From contig NC_027220.1 in assembly GCF_000981445.1 (NCBI RefSeq), positions 434,001 to 493,739 on the forward strand: DNA of 59,739 bases, in the 5' to 3' direction. The stretch is from Babesia bigemina. Lineage: Eukaryota. The notes beneath the pieces are model-generated. The model saw nothing but the letters and a program-made list of their open reading frames with translations, ran no database searches and was not told where the DNA came from. How positions within the stretch are numbered: position 1 is the stretch's first letter; every line of letters starts with the position of its first letter. Below, one piece after another: positions 14,001 through 23,745 of the stretch. Made by a program: the position numbers and the translations under genes.

Positions 14001-14854
14001 TCAACAACCGGTGGAAGAAACCTTCAGGCGGCTAATAAACTCCTTTACATATACCCTCCAGCTGTATAAAAATATAGATGCGTCTTTGCTACAGCTGCAA
14101 GGATATACTAAATTGTGCGCTTTACATCAACGATTGAAGGTTAGTGTTTTCTAGTGGTCATTACTATCGTGAAAACTGTGCCGAGTCCATACTGCGAACA
14201 TTTTTCTGCCGACGGTTAATTGATGCACTGGGATAAACACATACAGAGAATATTATTACGATATTGTTTGATTTTATTATGCCCTACAAAACCTTATCTT
14301 TTCGGGAGCTAAGGATGGTAACATTGTGCAGGAACCTCTACCTGACGGCACAAAAGAGAAGATTCACAAGTTGATAGATGGTGTACTGTCTCAACGCAAA
14401 GAAATAGATGGTATAAAGAATGGTGTTGATCGTCACAGCTTGGAGGTGGGTAGATGTTTGACGTGAGCTTGCATATTGCGAAATCGTGACCAGTGACGTA
14501 GAGTAAATCTGCGTGCTATGCGAAACACAACGCATGGGTTCGCTGTGTATGTTGGCAAATAAATGCATATCACGGTGTACCGATATTGTGACGTGAGTAT
14601 GTCTTGAAAAACGTTATTTACTGAACTTTACTGCAGCGCACCACAACTAATTTACAGCAATCACGCGCATCGCGTGTACACGCGGGTATAAAACGCTCCT
14701 TGCTCGCACTTTCTAGAGGAGTTCTGTATAAGACCGTGCCGAGGATCAGCGAGGTGGTCGGTAACCTCATGCAATACGATTAATGATAGTATTATGTGAT
14801 CAATGTCACGATGCGATATGCCGCTTATGTAGCAGCTACAATCTTGATGCACGA

Positions 14855-15202
14855 TCAAGCATACACCTCTTTCTCCTCTTCACTCATTGCGTCAATGAGC
14901 CTTTGGTCTAGTGCATCTTCGTATGCCTTGTAACGGCTTTTGGCAGTTATTGCTATCCATACGATGAGACAGACTACGAGCACTCCAATCAGACAAAGTG
15001 GGACACACATGATCATAAACTGCAAATTCGCGCTGTATTCTTTGGGTGTGTACGTAAAAATTTTGTCGTGGGTTGTGTTAACACAACCCGCTCCCACGCA
15101 GCTGTTAAGCATAGAATCCGGACCACTCACAGCGGGCAATAGATACGTCCCTGGGGATATCGGAGCTACTACCATACCGGGTGAAAGCGCAGTGTAAGTC
15201 AT
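14855..15202 (-). CDS. Small single-pass membrane protein
   Basis: ATG at 15202. Hydrophobic stretch FMIMCVPLCLIGVLVVCLIVWIAIT followed by a basic stop-transfer segment and acidic tail (EEEKEVYA). Confidence 0.6.
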   Translation of the reverse strand: MTYTALSPGMVVAPISPGTYLLPAVSGPDSMLNSCVGAGCVNTTHDKIFTYTPKEYSANLQFMIMCVPLCLIGVLVVCLIVWIAITAKSRYKAYEDALDQRLIDAMSEEEKEVYA

Positions 15203-15745
15203 CTTGAGACCTCTTTGGGGATTTATTTGCGGTGCCTTTATTAGGGGTTGGTGGACGACGCTCAAAAGACGTCATGACATCTGACAACGCTGTTAAATAC
15301 GAAGTACTTAAACCTACTTTGTTGAATTCTAGTGGTGTGTATTTTGTGTAGGAATACATAGGCTGAAAAGCAATTCATTAGGCACCTCGCCGCAGGAGAT
15401 GTCTATATGCGCGACTGGCTATTAATCCAACCGCTTGGTTTTCTAACCAACAGAAGGTCCATATTGTAGTTATAACGTAGTGTGGGCTGTTTGCGATCTG
15501 CGATTGTGCCAGTCGGCCCGCTTAATATGTGTCTAACGCAAAGTCAGTCATACTGGATGTCGTAAGAACGCGATTCGGCAGCCTCGTTGACTTGAGAAAT
15601 TGTATATCTTATTTTGTATTAGTAGCGTTCATGGATGTATGTCTAAATGTTTCAAATATGTTGCGCATCGACAGACACCCATGACGGCTACAGTAGGACT
15701 TATCTGTGGCTCTTACGCCGTATAGACAAACCAATTTTTAAATAA

Positions 15746-17293
15746 ATGTCGTCTTTTGCTATCGTATATGCGCGCTATGCCGCTGCTCTCTCTCGTTATA
15801 ATTGTCCATCTGCAGTAAAACATTTTGGAACCGGAAGCTTTCTTCAGTCGAGACTGAAGACAATCAGGGAACGAGCCATAGAGCAACAAATCGACTGGAT
15901 AAAATCTGCACACGTTTTGAATTCTACTACTCAGAATTCGGGTTGCTCACCTAGAGTCCATTCGTTGACGAGAAGCCGGCAAGTTTGTAATGTACAGGGT
16001 ACACCTGATGACACTGCTGCGGTCGCCGAAACGTCGCTAAAGCCTCTAACTGGCCTCTTCTCTGGCGTTCTAGAAAAACTGGAACTCGGGGGATTTGGAA
16101 CTATTTCCGCGGAACATGATGATATTCTCAATATAAACGCAGACTGTATCCTGGTACCCGTCCCGCCGAACCTCACCCCTTACAGCGGTTTTGGTATGTG
16201 CATTATGGCTGCAATCCCTCAAAACAATATTATAGGACTTAACGTGCTAGAGCGTGGGGGTAAAAAGCTTATAGAAGCCCTCGTAAAACGGGCTAAGGTA
16301 GTCGTAGCAGAGCGTCTAAAAGCCCTTGACGCTGTGCGAAGCCAATTCGAGACATCTCAGAAATTTGAAGAAGCCGTGGCAGTTGCCAAAACCTTAAATA
16401 TAGGTAGGTGGCCAAGTGATTTGTATCAACATTTTAGGTGATGTTATTTTGACTCCGCCATTTGGCACAACCAAGGCAACCATAATTGGGTTTGTTATTA
16501 CGCCCTTCTTCTGGGGTATGCATCTGCCGGTAGTAAATCATATTTCGTCAGAGAACAGCACGAGGGACGCTACACTCAAACTGAGATTTGCTTTCAAAAC
16601 GGCTTTGGAACACATCAACCGCATGCATATCCAGACTATCGTGTGCCCTACTCTTACTGATGCATTGAGCGGTTACGAGCCGCGGAACGCAGCGGTTGCT
16701 ATGATAGAAGAGGCATACGATGTAATGACACAAGTGGATGCTATTAAACCATTGTATGGCATAAATTGCTTACGATTGGTACATCGAAGCCTTCCTGAAG
16801 CACGTCAGATAGCCAATGCAATAGTTGCTGTTGCGCACACAAGACGACCGGAATATAAGGTATGAATGTATTTGTTAAGCCAATATGTTGCGAATAGACG
16901 GTGCCGGCAACTGTGTACTTTAGTCGTGCTTCACAACGCATTATTGAGTTCGATGAATCCGTGCTCAAGTTCTGTAGCAAGCCCCGCAAAATTACGTACA
17001 AAAGCCATAAAGTGGTGCGAAATAGCAAGCGAATTCATTGGCTACGTAACATTAAACCGTTCCTATGGCGGAATGGTCTAATAAATGTGCCACCCCCTCT
17101 TCTCGTACACAAGGCCACCGGGCAGATGGCTATGAACCAACTCCGACCGGTTCCGTTCTACAAAGACAGAGTTACACATGTGCTATTTCCTTTGATGAGG
17201 AGTTCTTATAAAAGGCTTAAGATGGGTAGCAGTGGCCATTGGCTAGGTACAGCAAAACAGGAGCCCGTCTATACGCAATCAAGGGCTCTATGA
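15746..17293 (+). CDS. Macrodomain-containing protein, multi-exon, probable mitochondrial presequence
   Basis: Spliced segments DILNINADCILVPVPPNL...GFG, GDVILTPPFG...IIGFVITP and LRFAFKTALE...TIVCPTLTDALSGYEP follow the macro (Appr-1''-p) fold pattern. Basic N- and C-termini. Confidence 0.65.
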
Positions 17294-17525
17294 AGGCGAT
17301 GGACGTTACAATTATAATTTGTCAACGCATATTCATGCCTATATGTATATGAACATACTACAATCCGTGGAAGCGTCGATGAGTCATTATTGCGCTTACA
17401 TCAAATGCATTACGCTTCGTATTGTGCAGATACACTTCTTACGTAGTATTAAGGGTCGTATGTTGGTCAGGGGACTATCAACAGTTGTCTGTAGTGCGCG
17501 GCACTGTGGTCAGCTGTGATATGAA

Positions 17526-20500
17526 TCAACCTGGAGAAGCATGCCCATATGAGGGCCATTTCCCCTTGAACAGTCTCTCAATAGCACGTGAAAATGCGAT
17601 ATTTCTACGGCTATATCTCCTTCTTAGACGTCGGTGCCAAGTTGACGAAAACGTGTTAATTACAGCGAGTTGTAATAAATCACGCAACCTGGTATTTCGG
17701 ATATCCAGACCCCCCAGTGATATCAGCTCAAGTGCGTAGTCTACCATCTTGTGTGTTAATTTGCCAATGTACTTAGGGTTCATGAATCCGCGAAATTCCC
17801 CAAGTAGAGCGGATGCGAAACTAAACGCCTTCATCGTAGCGATGCGCATAACAACGTAAGAATTCTGCAGTATGCAACGCTGCGTATTCAGTTCCACGTT
17901 AGTGAACAAGCCATGTTTCAAACGGTTAGCAATGTACCCCAAAACACGCTGCTCTATATAGGCGAACATTGGTGTGGTAAAAGGCTTCTTTGAAAGCTTT
18001 AGTGAATCCCTTATACTGCAAAGCTCGTTTTTCCACGGTATCAAGGTGGCATTTAAACGTCCTCTTACCAGATCGAAGTCAAAGGAACAGTTTATCCACG
18101 ATAATAAAGCCTCCCCATTTGTGTCGACTGAATCACGAAGTCCTGTGCAGCTTTCTGCTCTGGTACTCATGCGGCTCACGGTATTATCAAACGGTTTACG
18201 GAACCCATCGACAACTTCAACGTTTGAACTACTTGTATGATGTGTTAATTTGGTTGAATTTCTCGAAACTGGAAGGTCCAAGCGCATTGTGAACAACTTA
18301 TCGTTGATTGCCATTCCAAAAACTGATGTATCTCTGAGGATTTTTAACATCTCTACCGTGTCTTCTTCACCATTAGAGATGAAAATAAAATCATCGATCC
18401 AACGCAACAACAAGTTTGCACTATTAGTTCCTACCAGTTTCCGTACACTACCGTGCAAGTCTCCTTGAGCTAGGTACAGACTACAAAGCAAAGGGGATAT
18501 ACAACACCCCTGGGGTATTCCCACGTTTTTGTGAAATAGTTGACTTGGGCTGCATTTAGGAAGGGAAGTGCTACAACGCGACAAGAGCATTTTTACAGCT
18601 GCAACTATATCTGATTTAGATACATGTTGCGAGAGGTCACGGTTCACGTAACGTGAATAAATGGAAAACTGGCCAAAACTACACGACAATAGAGACCAAA
18701 TTTGGGGTGGAGAAAGGGAAGAAGAGTCATTGGATAAATAGGTTACGCGTTTTCCGTACGAATTGGGGAATGACGCCACATGAATCAAGTTGCGCCGATA
18801 GATGTGTTTGAAGAGTAAATTGCCTTGTATCTTCATGCTACTTAGCAACCTCAAAAGATAACCATGCTTGATGTGCTCGTAACAACGGGAAAGGTCAGCC
18901 AATGTAACATACAACGTCACAAAGTTTTTGCGGGGAGTGGAGTGGCGCATCATCCTCATAAACCGTGCCCACCACTGTTTTATCGAACGGAACACACCGG
19001 TGTAACCCAATATTCCATGCCCCAAAAAACGTGGGTTCATACGTATGTGCGCTGTAAGTGCCTGGAAAGGCATACGCATCATACTATTGACGGAACAGTT
19101 TGTATATTTACCAAACCTAGTTACATTAGCAGTATTGCAATTCATAATGGGGCGCATTCCAGAAAGTTTAGGTATCCAACGAACTCTGATACAACCACCA
19201 AGTGCGCCATACCTAGATAAGTCGGGATCTGAAACCGTTACCGGACGTGTCATGTCTTCAAGCGCCGCCGACATTCGTTCCCTACGATGGCCCCTTTCGT
19301 GCGGAATAGAGCCTGGATCAGATGTGTATGCTTCGTTAGCTAGCATAACCATGCGGTGCCAGTCAGCCTTTCTGAAGTAAAGCAGACGGTACATTGAGAA
19401 ATCTGCTTCCGTGACGTAAAAATGCCTCCGCAGCAACGGTATCACCATATGTTCTAATATGAGGAAAACGAGTCTGCATATGTATTCTAGAATCGTGCGC
19501 ACTTTACTCCGGCTAAGCCTAACGCTTTTGTCACCGTACCATGGGCAGCCAGTAGCCTTAAATCCCTGCATGACTTGTGACATATCCAAATTTTCACCTT
19601 TGTTCAAAACCACAATACTTCTACAAACGTCTTTCAAACGTGCGAAGTTTTCTTCGCAACCCAAGAGACTTCGCGGTACAACTCTCTCTACAACCTTATG
19701 GACAAAACTAATAACACGATTGTGATCAATTCCGGAGTTCTTCTCGGAGTCGCTAATCGTTTGGTCACCAAAATACGACCAATACTCTCCGCGTAGGTCT
19801 AAACATCTTATATTATAGAGCAATTTCTTAAAATGTGGATAAATGCTGCTCATTAAACCCCTATGACGTTTTACCGTCTCACGATGAACAGTTGTCAGGT
19901 TTCCTATGAAATTCCGGACCCTATTGTACCTTTCTTTTAATTGGCTATGCACGAAACCTTTGTCGAACAAAACAAAATGGAACAGTTTCCACACTACTGA
20001 ACTATGAATGGTGTTGTTTTCCAATGGTACGTAGAACCGATCATTTGCATTCGACGCTATAAACGGCCGATTATTCTTTGCGGGGTTAAATAAAGTCCGT
20101 ATGTGATTATTTTTAGTACTGTAATTCAGCTGAAACGCATCTTCGTTGCTGCGCAAATCCGTTGAATTGCTCTCCCGACCATGTCTTGTAAACAACTCCA
20201 CGACTGCCTCCAGAAGGCTTGCCCGCCCGAATCCAAATTTGCCATTAAACGAGTCCTTATACAGCATCAAATTCCTAGAAAGCGTTATATGTGACCAAGT
20301 TCCTTTAGCCATTGATACGCAGAAATTGTCATTGTACATAACGGTACCAGTCAACTGAATAAAAACAAAGGGCCTTGACACCAAATTGCCAGTATCTTGG
20401 CGTATATATATAGAATCCATTCTTATAACAACGTCCCTTAAGAAGCTACGTATGATTTTGAGCTCTTCGGGTGTTGCATTTTCACCCAACAACAAGGAAC

Positions 20501-21026
20501 ATCCAACATCGCGGCTGAACTTGAATATATAATCAGGTACTAACACACGACGGTTGTGCAAAATGCCATGTATCACTTCCCTGCCTGCAAATTTAGATAT
20601 GCTCTCAAAAATGGCAGATCGCAAGAATATGCCCGGGTTACGTATGCGGTGCGCCAATGATACGCCCGTTATCAGAGAGTCTCTTTGGAGGTTCATAAAA
20701 CAATGACCTTTTCTCTTACACTGTTCACCCGTAGTGCTTCGCAAGTTGCAGTTGAGCGTATTATGCACTTCTTTACGAACATCGACAACATTTCTTACGT
20801 TTGTTGGTTCCGTTTGTACCAATATGCATCTGGAAACTATCACCGCCAATAGGTAATGTTCATCTTCAACTTTCTCGTCACATACGGACCCAAGACCACA
20901 TACATTAGACAAAAAGTCAACATCATCTCCGCAAATCTCAACCAAGTGGTGATGTGCCTTAACCACCTGACCGTAGTATTGCAATAATCGCTTACAACTG
21001 CGCTGCGCTATACGTAAGTTTGCCAT
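17526..21026 (-). CDS. TERT: Telomerase reverse transcriptase
   Basis: T motif LLRRHFYVTE...YFRKADW, motifs 1/2 VRWIPKLSGMRPI, motif A YVTLADLSRCYEHI, B' GIPQGCCISPLLCSLYL, C LLRWIDDFIFIS. Single 1166-aa ORF. Confidence 0.96.
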   Translation of the reverse strand: MANLRIAQRSCKRLLQYYGQVVKAHHHLVEICGDDVDFLSNVCGLGSVCDEKVEDEHYLLAVIVSRCILVQTEPTNVRNVVDVRKEVHNTLNCNLRSTTGEQCKRKGHCFMNLQRDSLITGVSLAHRIRNPGIFLRSAIFESISKFAGREVIHGILHNRRVLVPDYIFKFSRDVGCSLLLGENATPEELKIIRSFLRDVVIRMDSIYIRQDTGNLVSRPFVFIQLTGTVMYNDNFCVSMAKGTWSHITLSRNLMLYKDSFNGKFGFGRASLLEAVVELFTRHGRESNSTDLRSNEDAFQLNYSTKNNHIRTLFNPAKNNRPFIASNANDRFYVPLENNTIHSSVVWKLFHFVLFDKGFVHSQLKERYNRVRNFIGNLTTVHRETVKRHRGLMSSIYPHFKKLLYNIRCLDLRGEYWSYFGDQTISDSEKNSGIDHNRVISFVHKVVERVVPRSLLGCEENFARLKDVCRSIVVLNKGENLDMSQVMQGFKATGCPWYGDKSVRLSRSKVRTILEYICRLVFLILEHMVIPLLRRHFYVTEADFSMYRLLYFRKADWHRMVMLANEAYTSDPGSIPHERGHRRERMSAALEDMTRPVTVSDPDLSRYGALGGCIRVRWIPKLSGMRPIMNCNTANVTRFGKYTNCSVNSMMRMPFQALTAHIRMNPRFLGHGILGYTGVFRSIKQWWARFMRMMRHSTPRKNFVTLYVTLADLSRCYEHIKHGYLLRLLSSMKIQGNLLFKHIYRRNLIHVASFPNSYGKRVTYLSNDSSSLSPPQIWSLLSCSFGQFSIYSRYVNRDLSQHVSKSDIVAAVKMLLSRCSTSLPKCSPSQLFHKNVGIPQGCCISPLLCSLYLAQGDLHGSVRKLVGTNSANLLLRWIDDFIFISNGEEDTVEMLKILRDTSVFGMAINDKLFTMRLDLPVSRNSTKLTHHTSSSNVEVVDGFRKPFDNTVSRMSTRAESCTGLRDSVDTNGEALLSWINCSFDFDLVRGRLNATLIPWKNELCSIRDSLKLSKKPFTTPMFAYIEQRVLGYIANRLKHGLFTNVELNTQRCILQNSYVVMRIATMKAFSFASALLGEFRGFMNPKYIGKLTHKMVDYALELISLGGLDIRNTRLRDLLQLAVINTFSSTWHRRLRRRYSRRNIAFSRAIERLFKGKWPSYGHASPG

Positions 21027-22500
21027 AACGTTCTATGACGGTGAGAAGACGAGCGTTGTGTTCGGCGCTCAAGTCGCCATCTACAATCAGTTGTGTGAGT
21101 GCATGGTGTATATCCAATGACAACTTGGATCCTTGAGAGTCAGCCTCAACCAACGGGTGCAGCGACTCTATCCAAGTCAAAATGCAATCCAAGGATTCGT
21201 GGAACTTGCACACATCTGGTATTATACGTTTCAACAAACTCTTTAATGCCATTATAATGCTCATTTGAAGCCTCGGTGTGATACTTAGGAGGTGAGGGCC
21301 GAGCGTCCGTAGACATGTGGCCAACGAGGCGTCGGTGGAACATCGGGAGGAAACGCGGCAAAAGAGGTCAACTTGGCCGTCATCGGGCAGTAACTGCATG
21401 AAAGTTTGTATCGTCTTTAAAGCACATTCACTCAGTGGCTTAAGAGAACAACATCGTAGCAACGTCATTATGATATCGTCGGGAGGTGACGCCAGAAGGT
21501 AGCCAGACTTTTCCACCATCGTATCAACCCGTGCACACAATTTTGATACCATATCACATAAATTAAATTGCGCGTCGACGTCGTTGCTCACCAGCACATA
21601 GGTCACCTTAATATGCATGGATACCAGGCACTGTAAAGAATATACCTGCGGCATCACACTGCGATCATCCGTCAGTAACCAAAAGCAACACAGTGCCTCA
21701 TCCAGAGGTGTTGTATCCAGAGTGCATAGTGTAGTTTGACTGCTGTAAACGCATATGCGCGAAACCCAGGATAATACGTCGTTCTTCCAGCAGCACAGAA
21801 GATTAGCCAAGTGAACGCCTGCATCACGATCTTCGAAACTTGCCTTGCCACAGATGACACTTGTGTGCATTTGTAATACTAGTGATGTTAAACTCGCTTT
21901 TGATACATTGTGCATATCGTTCATATCCAAAACCCACATACGCTGTAAAAAACCAATGCAAGGCGACAAGTCCTTGTAATGCTGGAAAACTTGGGACAAA
22001 GCTGCCGCAGCTGTAGTGATACGAGGTGCGCGGTCGGTGCATCGGGTTATGGTTTTTTCCAAAAGACGCAGGATTCTTTCTATATTCGAGTGGCAGTGAC
22101 GGAGGTATTCAATCGCAGCCACAAATGCTAGTGATGGTTCAACTCGATCGCACGCTGCTTCCAACAGGTCATCAAAATCCTCAAATGTATATCTTTTCAC
22201 AGTTATTTGTTCTTGCTCGGGTAAAATTGGGTTGTCTATTGTGCTGTGTATGGATCCGTTTCCCAAGCCTGTTGCAATGGCGTTAAGATTTTCATCATCG
22301 AATAGTTGCCGGACTTTGGAAAATCGCCCGGTGGCCAGGAAACGAACATGTTCGCAGCAAAAAGTAGCCACATCCTTTTTATCTACGTGCTCTCTTAATG
22401 TGCTCATAAGTTCGATCCACCGGCAGCTGTCATCCTCAACCAACCACTCCAACAGTTTGGAAACGTTTTGGGAACGTATTATGTCGAGGCACTGTGTCAT
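20992..22500 (-). CDS. Alpha-helical hypothetical protein, weak glomulin/ALF4/Ybp1-like resemblance
   Basis: Intronless 502-aa Leu/Cys-rich ORF. The segment LLRCCSLKPLSECALKTIQTFMQLLPDDGQVDLF resembles the glomulin C-terminal half from memory only. Confidence 0.6.
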   Translation of the reverse strand: MTQCLDIIRSQNVSKLLEWLVEDDSCRWIELMSTLREHVDKKDVATFCCEHVRFLATGRFSKVRQLFDDENLNAIATGLGNGSIHSTIDNPILPEQEQITVKRYTFEDFDDLLEAACDRVEPSLAFVAAIEYLRHCHSNIERILRLLEKTITRCTDRAPRITTAAAALSQVFQHYKDLSPCIGFLQRMWVLDMNDMHNVSKASLTSLVLQMHTSVICGKASFEDRDAGVHLANLLCCWKNDVLSWVSRICVYSSQTTLCTLDTTPLDEALCCFWLLTDDRSVMPQVYSLQCLVSMHIKVTYVLVSNDVDAQFNLCDMVSKLCARVDTMVEKSGYLLASPPDDIIMTLLRCCSLKPLSECALKTIQTFMQLLPDDGQVDLFCRVSSRCSTDASLATCLRTLGPHLLSITPRLQMSIIMALKSLLKRIIPDVCKFHESLDCILTWIESLHPLVEADSQGSKLSLDIHHALTQLIVDGDLSAEHNARLLTVIERYGKLTYSAAQL

Positions 22501-22550
22501 TTTAATTCGATATTACAACTTCATTAATCTGTCCCTCGGCTGGCACGGGA

Positions 22551-23660
22551 TTACGTATCGATTATGTCGTCATTTCTTACCTTTATGCCCATTTTTTCAC
22601 AACTTTGACATCCGTTACATGTTACCACCAATTTAGCACATATAAGCATCTGCTGTTGTTGACCTAATACACTCAACTTAGTCCAATCGGATGAAATGTT
22701 TAACATGGTAGTAATGTAGTCACAGCGCTTTTGGCATAGTTTATCAAAATAGGCGTCAAGTATATGTTTTGCGTTTATTGATGTATCGTAAGGCACCCCT
22801 AATGGTGAAAAAAACACGTTCTCTATTGGCGCATAAAACATTGCCTCGCGCATTTCACGATCCAACTCACTTATCTCAAGTCGTTGTTCCTCCGATAATT
22901 CGGGGCTATACATAGTAGAGTAATCAGCCAACGGTGTAAATACATCGAAAAGAGAGCAAACATGTTGCAACCTGAAGGATAACGTGTCCTCAAACTGTGG
23001 ATTAAGAGATCCGCAAGCTGTGTTCACAAATCTACATAAATGAGTCACCGTCTCGTCTATCAATCTGGGAACATTTTTTGCTATGCCCTCAATGTATTCT
23101 AGAAACCGAGCTCCGAAAGTCTGATCAATGGAAGGTCGCTTCGGAAGTGTAAGTTTGGCATTAGTTTTACCAAAGCTCATATATTTCGTAAACACACATT
23201 CTGCATAAGCTAAATAAACAGGACATTTGGCTTGTATCTTAGCTTGTATGCAACTAGCTGGTGTCCTCGCATTGGTCTTGTTAGCCGTTGTGTCTATCGT
23301 ACGGTCCCCAAGTGGACCGAACAGATGACCGCTGAGGTCATCCAGAGGAACATCTGCAACACTCTCGATTGAACAACCGCTGTTCTCCACAAGTGCGTAG
23401 AGGAAGCCTTGATAATGCCGTGTTAGGACCCTACGGCATCTCACATCTGACGTACCAGGTGCGAAATCAGGGGGTAGATAATCGGCTTCCTCAAGTGGGA
23501 TTGTAAGATTTTTCTCATGTAAAATTTTATCCAAAATGTTTTGGGCAATGTAGTTCTCAAACTGCAATACGGGCGGTTCGGCGAAGGCCGGTAGCAGAGC
23601 AGCATACATAACCGCAAAAAAACACATACACATCTGCGTAAACAACTTGAAAATTGCCAT
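22551..23660 (-). CDS. Cysteine-rich secreted hypothetical protein
   Basis: ATG at 23660 begins a signal peptide (MAIFKLFTQMCMCFFAVMYAALLPAFA|E). About 370 aa with many spaced cysteines. Confidence 0.7.
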   Translation of the reverse strand: MAIFKLFTQMCMCFFAVMYAALLPAFAEPPVLQFENYIAQNILDKILHEKNLTIPLEEADYLPPDFAPGTSDVRCRRVLTRHYQGFLYALVENSGCSIESVADVPLDDLSGHLFGPLGDRTIDTTANKTNARTPASCIQAKIQAKCPVYLAYAECVFTKYMSFGKTNAKLTLPKRPSIDQTFGARFLEYIEGIAKNVPRLIDETVTHLCRFVNTACGSLNPQFEDTLSFRLQHVCSLFDVFTPLADYSTMYSPELSEEQRLEISELDREMREAMFYAPIENVFFSPLGVPYDTSINAKHILDAYFDKLCQKRCDYITTMLNISSDWTKLSVLGQQQQMLICAKLVVTCNGCQSCEKMGIKVRNDDIIDT

Positions 23661-23745
23661 CGCCGCCAATATTCGGAACTTATTAATGATACTTCGAATG
23701 TGTGAAGTGTCACCATGACCCAGATGGCACATGTGTATATGGCTA

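Noticed and set aside
17526..21026. RT domain as a retroelement, retron or DGR
   Set aside because: The telomerase-specific T motif and single-gene context identify it as TERT.
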